Below are positions 19,408 through 28,271 of a stretch of DNA of 64,000 nt, one piece after another. How positions within the stretch are numbered: the stretch's first letter is position 1; each line of letters begins with the position of its first letter. Both the position numbers and the translations under genes were made by a program. Origin of the DNA: an uncultured Candidatus Rokubacteria bacterium. GTDB taxonomy: Bacteria > Methylomirabilota > Methylomirabilia > Rokubacteriales > DASRDR01. Where the stretch lies: positions 32,001 to 96,000 of the forward strand of contig CAWDVE010000021.1 of NCBI GenBank assembly GCA_963805625.1. The letters are read 5' to 3'. A model generated the notes under the pieces. The model made no database searches, was not told the DNA's origin, and saw only the letters and a program-made list of their open reading frames with translations.

Positions 19408-20483
19408 TCCTGCCCCGCCCCGCGCCCGTCCTCTCCTCGGAGGTCATCGAGCTCCCCGACTCGCTCGAGGCCGTCGAGGCCCACTTCCGCGCAGCGGGCT
19501 GGACGGACGGGCTACCGATCGTGCCGCCGACCGAGGCGCGCGTCGCGACGATGCTCGCGGGGATCGACGCGGACCCGGACCACGTCGTCGGGAAGATCCC
19601 GCCGCTCTGGACGGAGGCGACGGTCGAGAAGGTCGCGATCAACGCCGTCATGGCCGGATGCGGGCCGGAGGCCATGCCGGTCCTGGTCGCGGCGCTCGAG
19701 GCGATGCTCGACCTGGCCTTCAATCTCTACGGCGTCCAGGCGACCACGCACCCCGTGGCACCGCTCCTGATCGTGCATGGACCGGCCGCGGCCCGTCTCG
19801 GCATGCACGCCGGTCCCGGGGTCTTCGGCCCGGGCAACCGCGCCAACGCGACGCTCGGCCGCGCGGTGCGCCTATGTCTCTGGAATCTCGGCGGCGCGCG
19901 GCCCGGGCAGGGTGACATGGCGACGCAGGGCAGCCCGGCCAAATACACCTACGCGATCGCCGAGCGCGTCGAGGCAAGCCCCTGGGGGCCGCTCCATGCG
20001 AGCCTCGGGTTCGACGCCGGGGAGGATGCCGTCACCGTTTTCGGTGGCGAGGGGCCCCACAACGTCAACGACCACGTGAGCCAGAAGGCGCCGAACCTCC
20101 TTACCGTGATCGCCGACACCGCCGCCACCCTCGGCTCGAACGTGGGCTGGTACTTCGCGCAGAGCCAGCTCCTCCTCGTGCTCGGCCCGGAGCACGCCGC
20201 GACGATCGCGGAAGACGGCTTCACCCGCACCGACGTGCAGCGCTACGTGTACGAGCACGCACGGCTGCCGCTCCACCGGTTGAAGCAGGGCGGGATGTGG
20301 GGGATCCACGACTGGCCACGCTGGATGGAGACGGCGGATGAGCATGCGCTCCTGCCCGTTGTCCCCGGGCCGGACGACGTCTACGTCATGGTCGCCGGTG
20401 GGTCGGGCAAGCACTCGACCGTCGTCCCGAACTGCTGCTTCTCCCGCGCCGTCAGCCGGAGGATCACCCGCTGGCCGCGGTGA
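19404..20483 (+). CDS. Conserved hypothetical protein, partner of UGSC proteins
   Basis: GWTDGLPIVPPT, VEKVAINAVMAGC, GNRANATLGRA; GTGA overlap with the UGSC stop. Confidence 0.8.
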   Translation: MILPRPAPVLSSEVIELPDSLEAVEAHFRAAGWTDGLPIVPPTEARVATMLAGIDADPDHVVGKIPPLWTEATVEKVAINAVMAGCGPEAMPVLVAALEAMLDLAFNLYGVQATTHPVAPLLIVHGPAAARLGMHAGPGVFGPGNRANATLGRAVRLCLWNLGGARPGQGDMATQGSPAKYTYAIAERVEASPWGPLHASLGFDAGEDAVTVFGGEGPHNVNDHVSQKAPNLLTVIADTAATLGSNVGWYFAQSQLLLVLGPEHAATIAEDGFTRTDVQRYVYEHARLPLHRLKQGGMWGIHDWPRWMETADEHALLPVVPGPDDVYVMVAGGSGKHSTVVPNCCFSRAVSRRITRWPR

Positions 20484-21331
20484 CGTCGCGTGGCGCCGCG
20501 CCGGCCGCGGGGCGGGCGCCGGCCGCGCGCCGGCGCGCGGCGCCCGCTCGCCGGAGGCACCCGGGCTCCCTGGCGAGCCGGCTCGCGCGGGCCGCGATCC
20601 GGGCGCCGCTCGCTCTTCGCCTCGCGCTGCTGGGCGCCATGGTTCTGATCGTCCTGGCCGCGCTGAACGTCGCCTACCAGGTCGCCCGCAAGCCGACGGA
20701 GCTTCTGGGGCTCGCGTTCGCGCCGGCCCCTCTCACCCCGAGCGAGACGTGGACGCGCTACGGCGCCCTGTTCCGGGACCATGCCACCAACCTCGTCCGC
20801 GCGGAGCTCCTGGCCGCGCTGGCCCACGCCGAAAGCCAGGGGGATCCGCTCGCGCGCGCGGCGTGGCGCTGGCGCTGGACGTGGAATCCATTCGCCCTTT
20901 ACGCGCCCGCCTCGAGCGCGGTGGGGCTCTACCAGATCACCGACGCGGCGTTCGCGGAGGGACGGCTGCTCTGCATCCACAATCACCACGTTGCCCACGC
21001 CGGATCGTGGTACGACCTGCACGCCTGCTGGTTTCCCGCCCTCTACATGCGCACCGTGCCCAGCCACGCGATCGAGATGACGGCAGCCCGGCTCCACGAG
21101 CATCTCGTCCAGGCCCTTGGGCCCGAGCGGGCAGGCCGGACCCCGATGAGGTCGCGGGAGCGCCTGGCCGCGGTGATCCACCTTTGCGGCCCATCCCGGG
21201 GGGCGGACTTCGTCCGGCGCGGCTTCCGCGGGGCCGCCGGGGAACGGTGCGGCACGCACGATCTCGCGGCATATCTGGCGCGGGTCGATCGATTCACGCT
21301 CTCGTTCGAGCGGCTGGCCCGCGCCGCGTAG
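20480..21331 (+). CDS. Lytic transglycosylase (SLT)-like membrane protein
   Basis: TM helix; ELLAALAHAES, SSAVGLYQIT. Confidence 0.7.
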   Translation: MTSRGAAPAAGRAPAARRRAAPARRRHPGSLASRLARAAIRAPLALRLALLGAMVLIVLAALNVAYQVARKPTELLGLAFAPAPLTPSETWTRYGALFRDHATNLVRAELLAALAHAESQGDPLARAAWRWRWTWNPFALYAPASSAVGLYQITDAAFAEGRLLCIHNHHVAHAGSWYDLHACWFPALYMRTVPSHAIEMTAARLHEHLVQALGPERAGRTPMRSRERLAAVIHLCGPSRGADFVRRGFRGAAGERCGTHDLAAYLARVDRFTLSFERLARAA

Positions 21332-21411
21332 GCGGGGTCGCGCCGGCGGGCCGGGCGCTCTCCAGCGGGCCTGCCTTGCGGCCGCGCCTGACGCGTGATA
21401 GGGAGTCAAGC

Positions 21412-21717
21412 ATGGGGGATCAGCCGTCCACCACGTTCGACGTGACCTGCCCGTGCTGCAAGGCGATCCTGACGGTCGACGCCCAGGTTCATGCGGTGCT
21501 GGCGCACCGGGAGCCGCCGCGGAGCGGGCCGCTGTCGAGCCTCGACAAGGCCATGGACCACCTCCGGGGGGCCGGCGCCCGTCGCGAGGCGGCCTTCCGC
21601 CAGGCGACCGAGGCCGAGCGGACGAAGGGCGACGTCCTGTCGCGGAAGTTCGGCGAAGGGCTCAAGCGGGCGAAGGACGATCCGGACCCGCCGATCCGCC
21701 CCATCGACTTGGACTAG
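21412..21717 (+). CDS. Small conserved hypothetical protein with CPCC zinc-ribbon-like N-terminus
   Basis: GGGAG RBS; FDVTCPCCKAILTVD...IRPIDLD. Confidence 0.75.
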   Translation: MGDQPSTTFDVTCPCCKAILTVDAQVHAVLAHREPPRSGPLSSLDKAMDHLRGAGARREAAFRQATEAERTKGDVLSRKFGEGLKRAKDDPDPPIRPIDLD

Positions 21718-21739
21718 AGACCCCACGGACCCTGACGCC

Positions 21740-22789
21740 GTGACGCGGGCCCGGGCGTCCGGCGAGGTGGCGGTACCCGAGCTCCTGCGCGACATTCTCC
21801 CCGGCGTCAGCCGCTCCTTCGCGCTCTCGCTTCGCGTCCTCCCCAGGTCCCTCCGTCGTCCCTTCGGGGTGACATATCTCGTCGCGCGCGCGGCGGACAC
21901 GATCGCCGATACGCGGGCGTTGCCGCCGTCCAGCCGGCTCGCAGCACTCCACGCTCTTCGTGAATCCCTCGGCGCGGGCGCCGGCACTGCGCCAACCCTG
22001 GGAGGATCGACGTCGGGAGGCCACACCCCCGCCGAGCGGACCCTCCTCGCTCGGCTTCCTGAGGTTCTGGCCGCGTACCGCGCGCTCGAGCCGGGCGACC
22101 GGGAGCGCGCGCTCGCGGTGCTATTGACGCTGACCCAGGCGATGCTCGAGGCCCTCGAGCGCTTTCCGCCCGAGATGGCGGATCGGGTCGGCGCCTTCGA
22201 CACGCGAGCCGACCTGGACCGCTACACGCACCTGAATGCGGGCTGCGTCGGCGAGTTCTGGACCGAGATGGTGGTGGCACACCGTCCGCAATGCGCGGCA
22301 TGGGATCTGTCGGCCATGCGGCTGCGCGGCGCACGCTTCGGCCAGGGGCTCCAGCTCGTCAACGTGCTCCGCGACCTGCCGCGCGATCTCAGAATCGGAC
22401 GCTGCTATCTCCCGGCCTCGGAGCTCGCGGCGCTCGGTCTCGTGCCCCAGGATCTGCTCAACGCCGCGTCACTGCCGCGCGTCCGCCCGCTCCTCGATGC
22501 ACTGATCGACGAGGCGCTCCTCCGCCTCGACGAGGGCCGCGCGTATACGCTGGCCGTGCCCCGGCGCGAGCCACGCCTTCGTCTCGCCTCCCTGTGGCCG
22601 CTCTTGATCGGGCTCGGCACGCTCGCCCGACTCCGGCGGGCCGAGAACCTGCTCGACCCCGCCGTCACGGTCAAGCTGTCCCGCGGCGAGGTACGGTGGC
22701 TCCTCGTCCGCTCGCTCGCCCTCGTGTGGTCCGATCGAGGGCTCAGCGCCTGGGCCCGGCGCCTCGCCGCCGCCGCGACGGCCCGCTGA
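21740..22789 (+). CDS. Squalene/phytoene synthase family protein
   Basis: VSRSFALS, ARAADTIAD, LDRYT..AGCVGEFWT, GLQLVNVLRD, GRCYLP; start uncertain. Confidence 0.88.
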   Translation: MTRARASGEVAVPELLRDILPGVSRSFALSLRVLPRSLRRPFGVTYLVARAADTIADTRALPPSSRLAALHALRESLGAGAGTAPTLGGSTSGGHTPAERTLLARLPEVLAAYRALEPGDRERALAVLLTLTQAMLEALERFPPEMADRVGAFDTRADLDRYTHLNAGCVGEFWTEMVVAHRPQCAAWDLSAMRLRGARFGQGLQLVNVLRDLPRDLRIGRCYLPASELAALGLVPQDLLNAASLPRVRPLLDALIDEALLRLDEGRAYTLAVPRREPRLRLASLWPLLIGLGTLARLRRAENLLDPAVTVKLSRGEVRWLLVRSLALVWSDRGLSAWARRLAAAATAR

Positions 22790-22822
22790 AGCGCGCGGCC
22801 GGCGGCGCTGGATCGTTCAAGC

Positions 22823-23728
22823 CTAGGGCGAGCGCTCCTCCGGTGGGACCAGGCGCAGGAGCGCCTCGGGGTCGACGCGGGCGCCGTTGAGCTGCGCGGC
22901 GAAGTGAAGGTGCGGGCCCGTCACGCGGCCGGTCGCCCCCACGGTGCCGATGACCTGGCCGGCGGCCACCGGCTCGCCCACCAGGACACGTGTCTCGGTG
23001 AGGTGGTAGTAAAAGGTGAATAAGCCGAGGCCGTGGTCCAGCACCACATTACGCCCCGCGAAGAAGTGCTCGGTGACGAGCACCGCACGGCCGGCGTTCG
23101 CGGCGAGGACAGGCGTCCCCGCCGGCGCGGCCCAGTCGTAGCCGGTGTGAGCGCTTCGCGGCTGACCGTTGATGAGCCGCCGGAGCCCGAACCCGCCCGT
23201 CGGCTGGCCGCCCTCGACCGGAGTCCGGAACGGGCCGCGCCAGAGACGCTCCGACGTGCCGGCGGCAAGGGCGGACTTCAGCTCCCCTCGCTCGGTCTCG
23301 ACCCGGGCGAGCGCCGGCGCGTCGAGGTCGACCATGCCCTTCGGCAGCGTGAGCTGCTGCGTCGGGAACGTGCGGTCCCGCACGGTCACCATCCCCGCCG
23401 CGAGCCCGCCGCCGCTCTTCGCCACGCTCGGCCGGATGACACGCCAGCCGATCGGGCCTGGGCGGACGTCGAGGTCGATTCCGATCAACGCAGCGACACC
23501 CTGCCCCGTCGGGAACAGCGCGAGCGGGCGGCCATCCCATTCCCCGCGGACATCCGGGGGTGCCCCGGTCACCTGCAGGAGAACCACGTCGCCAGGCTGC
23601 GGACTCGGCGGCGTGACCGACACTCGCACGCTGCCGGGCGCTCCACCTGCGACGGTCGCCGGCGACGACACGATGCCCAGGAGCGCGCCGCCGATCAGGC
23701 CACCGATCAGGAAGGTCCGGCGCCTCAC
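22823..23728 (-). CDS. M23 family metallopeptidase
   Basis: HTGYD, GATGRVTGPHLHF; N-terminal signal peptide. Confidence 0.9.
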   Translation of the reverse strand: MRRRTFLIGGLIGGALLGIVSSPATVAGGAPGSVRVSVTPPSPQPGDVVLLQVTGAPPDVRGEWDGRPLALFPTGQGVAALIGIDLDVRPGPIGWRVIRPSVAKSGGGLAAGMVTVRDRTFPTQQLTLPKGMVDLDAPALARVETERGELKSALAAGTSERLWRGPFRTPVEGGQPTGGFGLRRLINGQPRSAHTGYDWAAPAGTPVLAANAGRAVLVTEHFFAGRNVVLDHGLGLFTFYYHLTETRVLVGEPVAAGQVIGTVGATGRVTGPHLHFAAQLNGARVDPEALLRLVPPEERSP

Positions 23729-24609
23729 TCCTGCGTCGGCCCGGGCGGCTGCTGGCGGAGAAAGCGCTCGATCTCGGCCACCAGGTCCTTCCCGTCCGGC
23801 AGATCCCCCGCCGGAGGCGGCTCGGCCTCCTCGGCCTCCTGATCCTTCGTCTCCAGGCGGCGCACGTAGCCCGCCACCTTCCGGTTCTGCTGGAGAACCT
23901 CGGTCAGCTGGGTGTCGAACTGGGTCGCGGCCTCCTCCAGCTCCCGGTAGTCGAGCGGCCCGTCGAAGAGCCGGTTCACGCGCTGGACCAGGGCGAGGGT
24001 GGCCCGCGGGTTCTCCATGGCCGAGATGTAATGCGGCACGTTGGCCCAGAGGCTCGCCGTCGCGAGTCCCGTCGCGCGGGCCGTCGAGGAGAGCACGCCG
24101 ACGATGCCGGTCGGGCCCTCGTACCGAGTCGGGCGGACGCCGAGGACCGCGCCCAGCTCCGGGTCGGTCGCGAAGCCCGTCAGCCGGACGGGCCGGGTGT
24201 GCGGCACCTCCGCCAGGAGCGCGCCGAGGGTGACCACCAGTCCCACCTCGAGCTCCTTCGCGAAGTCGAGCACCGCCCGGCAGTACGTCTTCCATCGGAG
24301 GTGCGGCTCGATCCCCACCGCGACGACGACGTCGCGGCTCCCGCGCGTGCAGAGGCTGAACTCCAGCTCCGGCCAGACGATCTCGCGGTCGAGCGTCCCC
24401 GGCACGAGGCGCACGAGCGGCCGCTGGAGCCCGAAGTGGTAGAACTCCTCCGGGTCGAGGCTCGCGATCCGCTGGCCGTCCCACGCGCTCCGGAGGAAGC
24501 GCGCCGCGTTGGTCGCCGATTCGGCGGCGTCGTTCCAGCCCGCGAAGGCCAGAAGGAGGACGGGCCGCCGGAGCCGGCCTGGATGCTCGTGGATCGTCAC
24601 CTGGGTCAT
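23725..24609 (-). CDS. PAC2 (proteasome assembly chaperone 2) family protein
   Basis: AFAGWNDAAESAT, GIEPHLRW, VPHTRP, YEGPTGIVG, WANVPHY. Confidence 0.9.
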   Translation of the reverse strand: MTQVTIHEHPGRLRRPVLLLAFAGWNDAAESATNAARFLRSAWDGQRIASLDPEEFYHFGLQRPLVRLVPGTLDREIVWPELEFSLCTRGSRDVVVAVGIEPHLRWKTYCRAVLDFAKELEVGLVVTLGALLAEVPHTRPVRLTGFATDPELGAVLGVRPTRYEGPTGIVGVLSSTARATGLATASLWANVPHYISAMENPRATLALVQRVNRLFDGPLDYRELEEAATQFDTQLTEVLQQNRKVAGYVRRLETKDQEAEEAEPPPAGDLPDGKDLVAEIERFLRQQPPGPTQE

Positions 24610-24847
24610 GGTCGTCGCTCTTAGGCCGGATTGTAGGGTGCCGGGCCCCACGCCACAACCGGTTTGTGGCGAGTGGCGTGCGCACCCGCTCACGCTCGGC
24701 TTGCCGTCCTGGCAGCGGCCCCCCCGCTGCGCAGCCCCTCGCGCAGAGCCGGCACAGCCGGCCCGCTCCGGCGCGGCCCCGCGGGGGCTTGACGCTTGCC
24801 CCGGGCGAGCGCCATCGTGGAGCCCAATCTCGAGAGGGAGGGATGCC

Positions 24848-26155
24848 ATGCGACGGACGACGATCGAGATCCTGGCCGCGGTGCTGGTCCTCACCCTGGG
24901 GGCTCTCGGACCCGCCCAGGCTGCCCAGCTTCAGTGGTGGAGCCACTGGGCCGTCGAGGATTCCAAGAAGGCCGTGCTCTTCGAGGTCAAGCGGCGCTTC
25001 GAGGCGAAGCACCCCGGGCACACGGTCGAGATCACCTTCTACGAGAAGAAGAACATGTGGCCCGCCCTCCGGGCGGCCTTCACGGCGGGCTCCGGCTTCC
25101 CGGACGTCTTCTACTACGACAACGACGTCCCCGAGTTCATGGCCGCCGGGTGGCTCGCCGATCTCTCGCAGGGGATTCGCTGGGAGAACATCGAGCCCTA
25201 CGGTAAGGCCTTCTGGACCCGTCCCGGCCCCCCGGGCAAGGTCGGGACGTGGGCCATCCCCGTCGAGGCGGCGTCCGACGAGATCTACTTCAACAAGAAG
25301 CTCTTCCGCGACCTCGGCATCGCGGTGCCGGCCAACTTCGCGTTCACCCAGGAGCAGTTCAAGGACGCCGTCGCCAAGTGCACGAAGGCTGGCTATGCAG
25401 CGTTCGCTACCGGCGCCGCCGACCGGGAGTGGGCGGCCCTCTACCTCCCGGACATGCTGCTCCTGTCGAAGCTCGGCTACACGGACGTGCAGAAGCTCTA
25501 CCAGGGCGAGCTCAGCTGGAAGGATCCGCGCGTCGTCGAGGTGTTCCGCTACTACAAGGAGCTCGTCGACCTCGGCGCGTACGCGAAGACGCTCACCAGT
25601 ATGACGCTCGCCGAGGCCCACCGCTACTTCCACACGGACCAGAAGGCGTGCATGTTCCCGGTGGGGTCGTGGTACACCGGCCGCGCCTTCGTCCCGCCGG
25701 AGAAGGGCGGACAGCCCCAGGGCTTCGAGCTCGGGCTCCTCAACTACCCCCTCATGAAGGACGGCAAGGGGCACGGGGAGAAGATGCTCGGGGTGGCCGG
25801 CTCCCTCGCGGTCGCGGCGAAGAGCCCCAACCTTCCCCTGGCGATCGAGGTCGCCAACGCCTTCGCGGACGTCGAGGTCGGGAACATGTGGATGGCCAAG
25901 ACGGGCATCCAGACGGGGATCAGGACCGAGCCCGGGCGGATCGACAGCCCCATCAAGTGGTACTTCGACGAGTTCGCCAAGGTGAACCGGACGACCAGGT
26001 GGGTCGACCTCACCGCCCAGCAGGTGAAGGTCATCATGAAGCCGGGCGTGTGGGAGGTCTACGTGGCGACGGTGAACCAGGGACTGCCCAACCGGCTCCT
26101 CGGACCGGACGAGGCGCTCGCCAAGCTCGAGGACGCGCGGCTCAAGGGGAAGTGA
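24848..26155 (+). CDS. Carbohydrate ABC transporter substrate-binding protein
   Basis: Signal peptide, PDVF, IYFNKKLF; followed by two MalF/MalG-like permeases. Confidence 0.88.
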   Translation: MRRTTIEILAAVLVLTLGALGPAQAAQLQWWSHWAVEDSKKAVLFEVKRRFEAKHPGHTVEITFYEKKNMWPALRAAFTAGSGFPDVFYYDNDVPEFMAAGWLADLSQGIRWENIEPYGKAFWTRPGPPGKVGTWAIPVEAASDEIYFNKKLFRDLGIAVPANFAFTQEQFKDAVAKCTKAGYAAFATGAADREWAALYLPDMLLLSKLGYTDVQKLYQGELSWKDPRVVEVFRYYKELVDLGAYAKTLTSMTLAEAHRYFHTDQKACMFPVGSWYTGRAFVPPEKGGQPQGFELGLLNYPLMKDGKGHGEKMLGVAGSLAVAAKSPNLPLAIEVANAFADVEVGNMWMAKTGIQTGIRTEPGRIDSPIKWYFDEFAKVNRTTRWVDLTAQQVKVIMKPGVWEVYVATVNQGLPNRLLGPDEALAKLEDARLKGK

Positions 26156-26172
26156 GGAACCCGCGGGTGCGC

Positions 26173-26187
26173 CGGGGCGAAACCCCG
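26173..26187 (+). other. Small GC hairpin after the binding-protein gene
   Basis: CGGGG-CGAAA-CCCCG; no U-tract. Confidence 0.3.
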
Positions 26188-26249
26188 CCGGGGCGCGCCT
26201 CCTCTCCGTGAGCCCTCGAGCCGATACGGGCCGTCACCCTTCGCCGCCG

Positions 26250-26284
26250 GGCCGCCACAGGCCGCCACAGGCCGCCACAGGCCG
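26250..26284. repeat. Tandem repeat (GGCCGCCACA)x3.5
   Basis: Three exact 10-bp units plus GGCCG in the SBP-permease spacer. Confidence 0.9.
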
Positions 26285-26334
26285 AAGGCTGTACGACCCA
26301 GGCGGGTACGACCGAGACCGTCCGATCCGACGCA

Positions 26335-27321
26335 GTGGAGAGCCAGGGGCGCGCCGTGGGTGCTGATTCCACCGGCCGCGTGGACGCGCTCCCCGGAGTC
26401 GTCCCGCGCGTCGCCGTCCGGCGCGCGGGACCCCGGCGTCCGTGGGGCGCCATCGCCGTCTTCCTGGGCCCGACGCTGCTCCTCTACTTCGCGTTCACCA
26501 TCTATCCGGTCCTCGTGACGTTCTACAACAGCGTCCACAGCCTCCGCATGGACCTCGGGATGCTGTACGAGTTCGTCGGGCTCGACCACTTCCGCGAGAT
26601 CCTCACCAGCGACGAGGTCTTCTGGAAGGCGGCGGCGAACTCGCTGACCTGGGGACTGGTGGCGCCCATCGTCGACATTCCGCTGGCGCTCGGGCTCGCG
26701 CTGGTCCTCCACGCGCGAGTGCCCTTCGCGAAGGTCTTCCGCACCGTCTGGTTCACGCCCGTCCTCATGTCCTACCCGGTCGTCGGCGTGATCTGGCTAT
26801 GGGTCTACAACTACGACTGGGGCATGGCGAACCTCGCCCTCCGCGCCGTCGGCCTCGGCAACTACGCTCAGGCGTGGCTCGCAAGCCCCACGACCGCGCT
26901 CCCCGCCTTGATCCTGGTCACGACGTGGATGTTCGCGGGCTTCAACATGGTGGTCCTGCTGGCGGCGATTCACGCGATCCCTGCCGACTACCTCGACGCC
27001 GCCCGCGTCGACGGTGCGGGCGTCGCCCGCCGCGTCATCCACGTCCTGGTCCCGCTCCTCCGCCCGACCCTGGTCAACCTCGCGATCCTCGATTTCATCG
27101 GAAAGATGAAGCAGTTCGCCCTGGTCTGGGTCATGACGCGGGGCGGGCCGATGTGGGGCACGGAGACGGTCGCCACCTACGTCGTCAAGCGGGCGTTCGA
27201 GTGGAAGACCCTCGACCTCGGCTATCCGTCCGCGGTGGCCGTGCTCTGGTTCGTGATCATCTTCGGGCTCTCGTACGTTTTCACGCGCCTGCTCCAGCGG
27301 CGCGAGGCGCTGGAGTTCTGA
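26335..27321 (+). CDS. Sugar ABC transporter permease (MalF-like)
   Basis: DAARVDGA EAA loop, MTRGGP; start uncertain. Confidence 0.92.
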   Translation: MESQGRAVGADSTGRVDALPGVVPRVAVRRAGPRRPWGAIAVFLGPTLLLYFAFTIYPVLVTFYNSVHSLRMDLGMLYEFVGLDHFREILTSDEVFWKAAANSLTWGLVAPIVDIPLALGLALVLHARVPFAKVFRTVWFTPVLMSYPVVGVIWLWVYNYDWGMANLALRAVGLGNYAQAWLASPTTALPALILVTTWMFAGFNMVVLLAAIHAIPADYLDAARVDGAGVARRVIHVLVPLLRPTLVNLAILDFIGKMKQFALVWVMTRGGPMWGTETVATYVVKRAFEWKTLDLGYPSAVAVLWFVIIFGLSYVFTRLLQRREALEF

Positions 27322-27323
27322 GC

Positions 27324-28154
27324 GTGCGCGGTCGGCTGGGGCGCTGGCTCCTTCTCGTCCCCGTGCTCGCCTACACCGTCTTCTCCGCGGGGCCGTACGT
27401 CTGGACGGCGATGATGTCCCTCCGCACGACGGACGAGATCTACCGCAGTCACTACGGCCTGCCGCTCCCCGCCCACTGGGCCAAGTATCATCGGGCCTGG
27501 ACCGAGTTCGGCTACGCGACCTACTTCCGGAACAGTGCGATCGTGACCGTCGCGGCCGTCACCCTGGTGACCGGGCTGGGGGCGATGGCCGCCTTTGCCT
27601 TCGCGCGGCGCCGCTACGCGTTCCCGGGGCGCGAACCCCTCTTCTTGCTCGTGTTCCTCTCCATCATGTTTCCGCCCCAGATCATGCTGCTGGCGCTCTT
27701 CCAGATCCTGGTCCAGTACAAGCTCTTCAACACGCTCACCGGGCTCGTCCTGGTCTACGCCGCAACGGAGCTGCCGCTCACGATCTACCTCCTGCGCGCC
27801 TTCTTCGCCCAGATCCCGACCGAGCTCGAGGAGGCGGCCCGGATCGACGGCTGCAGCGACTGGAATCTCTTCTGGCGAGTCATGCTGCCGATGGCGCTTC
27901 CCGCCGTCGCCACCACCGTGATCCTGAACTTCATCTACTTCTGGAACGAGTTCCTCTACGCCGTCGTCTTCATCACTCGCCAGCAAAGCCGCACCCTGCC
28001 CCTCGCGATCCAGTTCCTCGTGAGCGACCAGTACTTCGACATCGGCATGCTGGCGACCGGGCTTATGATCGCGACCCTGCCCGTACTCGTGCTCTACCTC
28101 TTCCTCTCCGAGTGGTTCGTGAAGGGCATGACCGCGGGGGCGATCAAGGGCTAA
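27324..28154 (+). CDS. Sugar ABC transporter permease (MalG-like)
   Basis: ELEEAARIDGCS, WNEFL, GMTAGAIKG. Confidence 0.92.
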   Translation: MRGRLGRWLLLVPVLAYTVFSAGPYVWTAMMSLRTTDEIYRSHYGLPLPAHWAKYHRAWTEFGYATYFRNSAIVTVAAVTLVTGLGAMAAFAFARRRYAFPGREPLFLLVFLSIMFPPQIMLLALFQILVQYKLFNTLTGLVLVYAATELPLTIYLLRAFFAQIPTELEEAARIDGCSDWNLFWRVMLPMALPAVATTVILNFIYFWNEFLYAVVFITRQQSRTLPLAIQFLVSDQYFDIGMLATGLMIATLPVLVLYLFLSEWFVKGMTAGAIKG

Positions 28155-28271
28155 CCCGAGCCGGCCGGCCGGACTCGACCGGAGCGCGATGTGCGTCGAT
28201 TCCGGCACCTGTCGGGTATAGTGGACCCATGATGACCTCTGGATTCGCCGCCAGGAGCGAGCTGACCACGC

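Noticed and set aside
22823-25774. 983-aa ORF as one giant M23 protein
   Set aside because: Only the last ~300 aa are M23; the rest overlaps PAC2 and the sugar SBP. Start placed at 23728
26250-26284. Possible CRISPR array
   Set aside because: Contiguous 10-bp units, no spacers, no cas genes; the PD-(D/E)XK gene at 16392 is stand-alone
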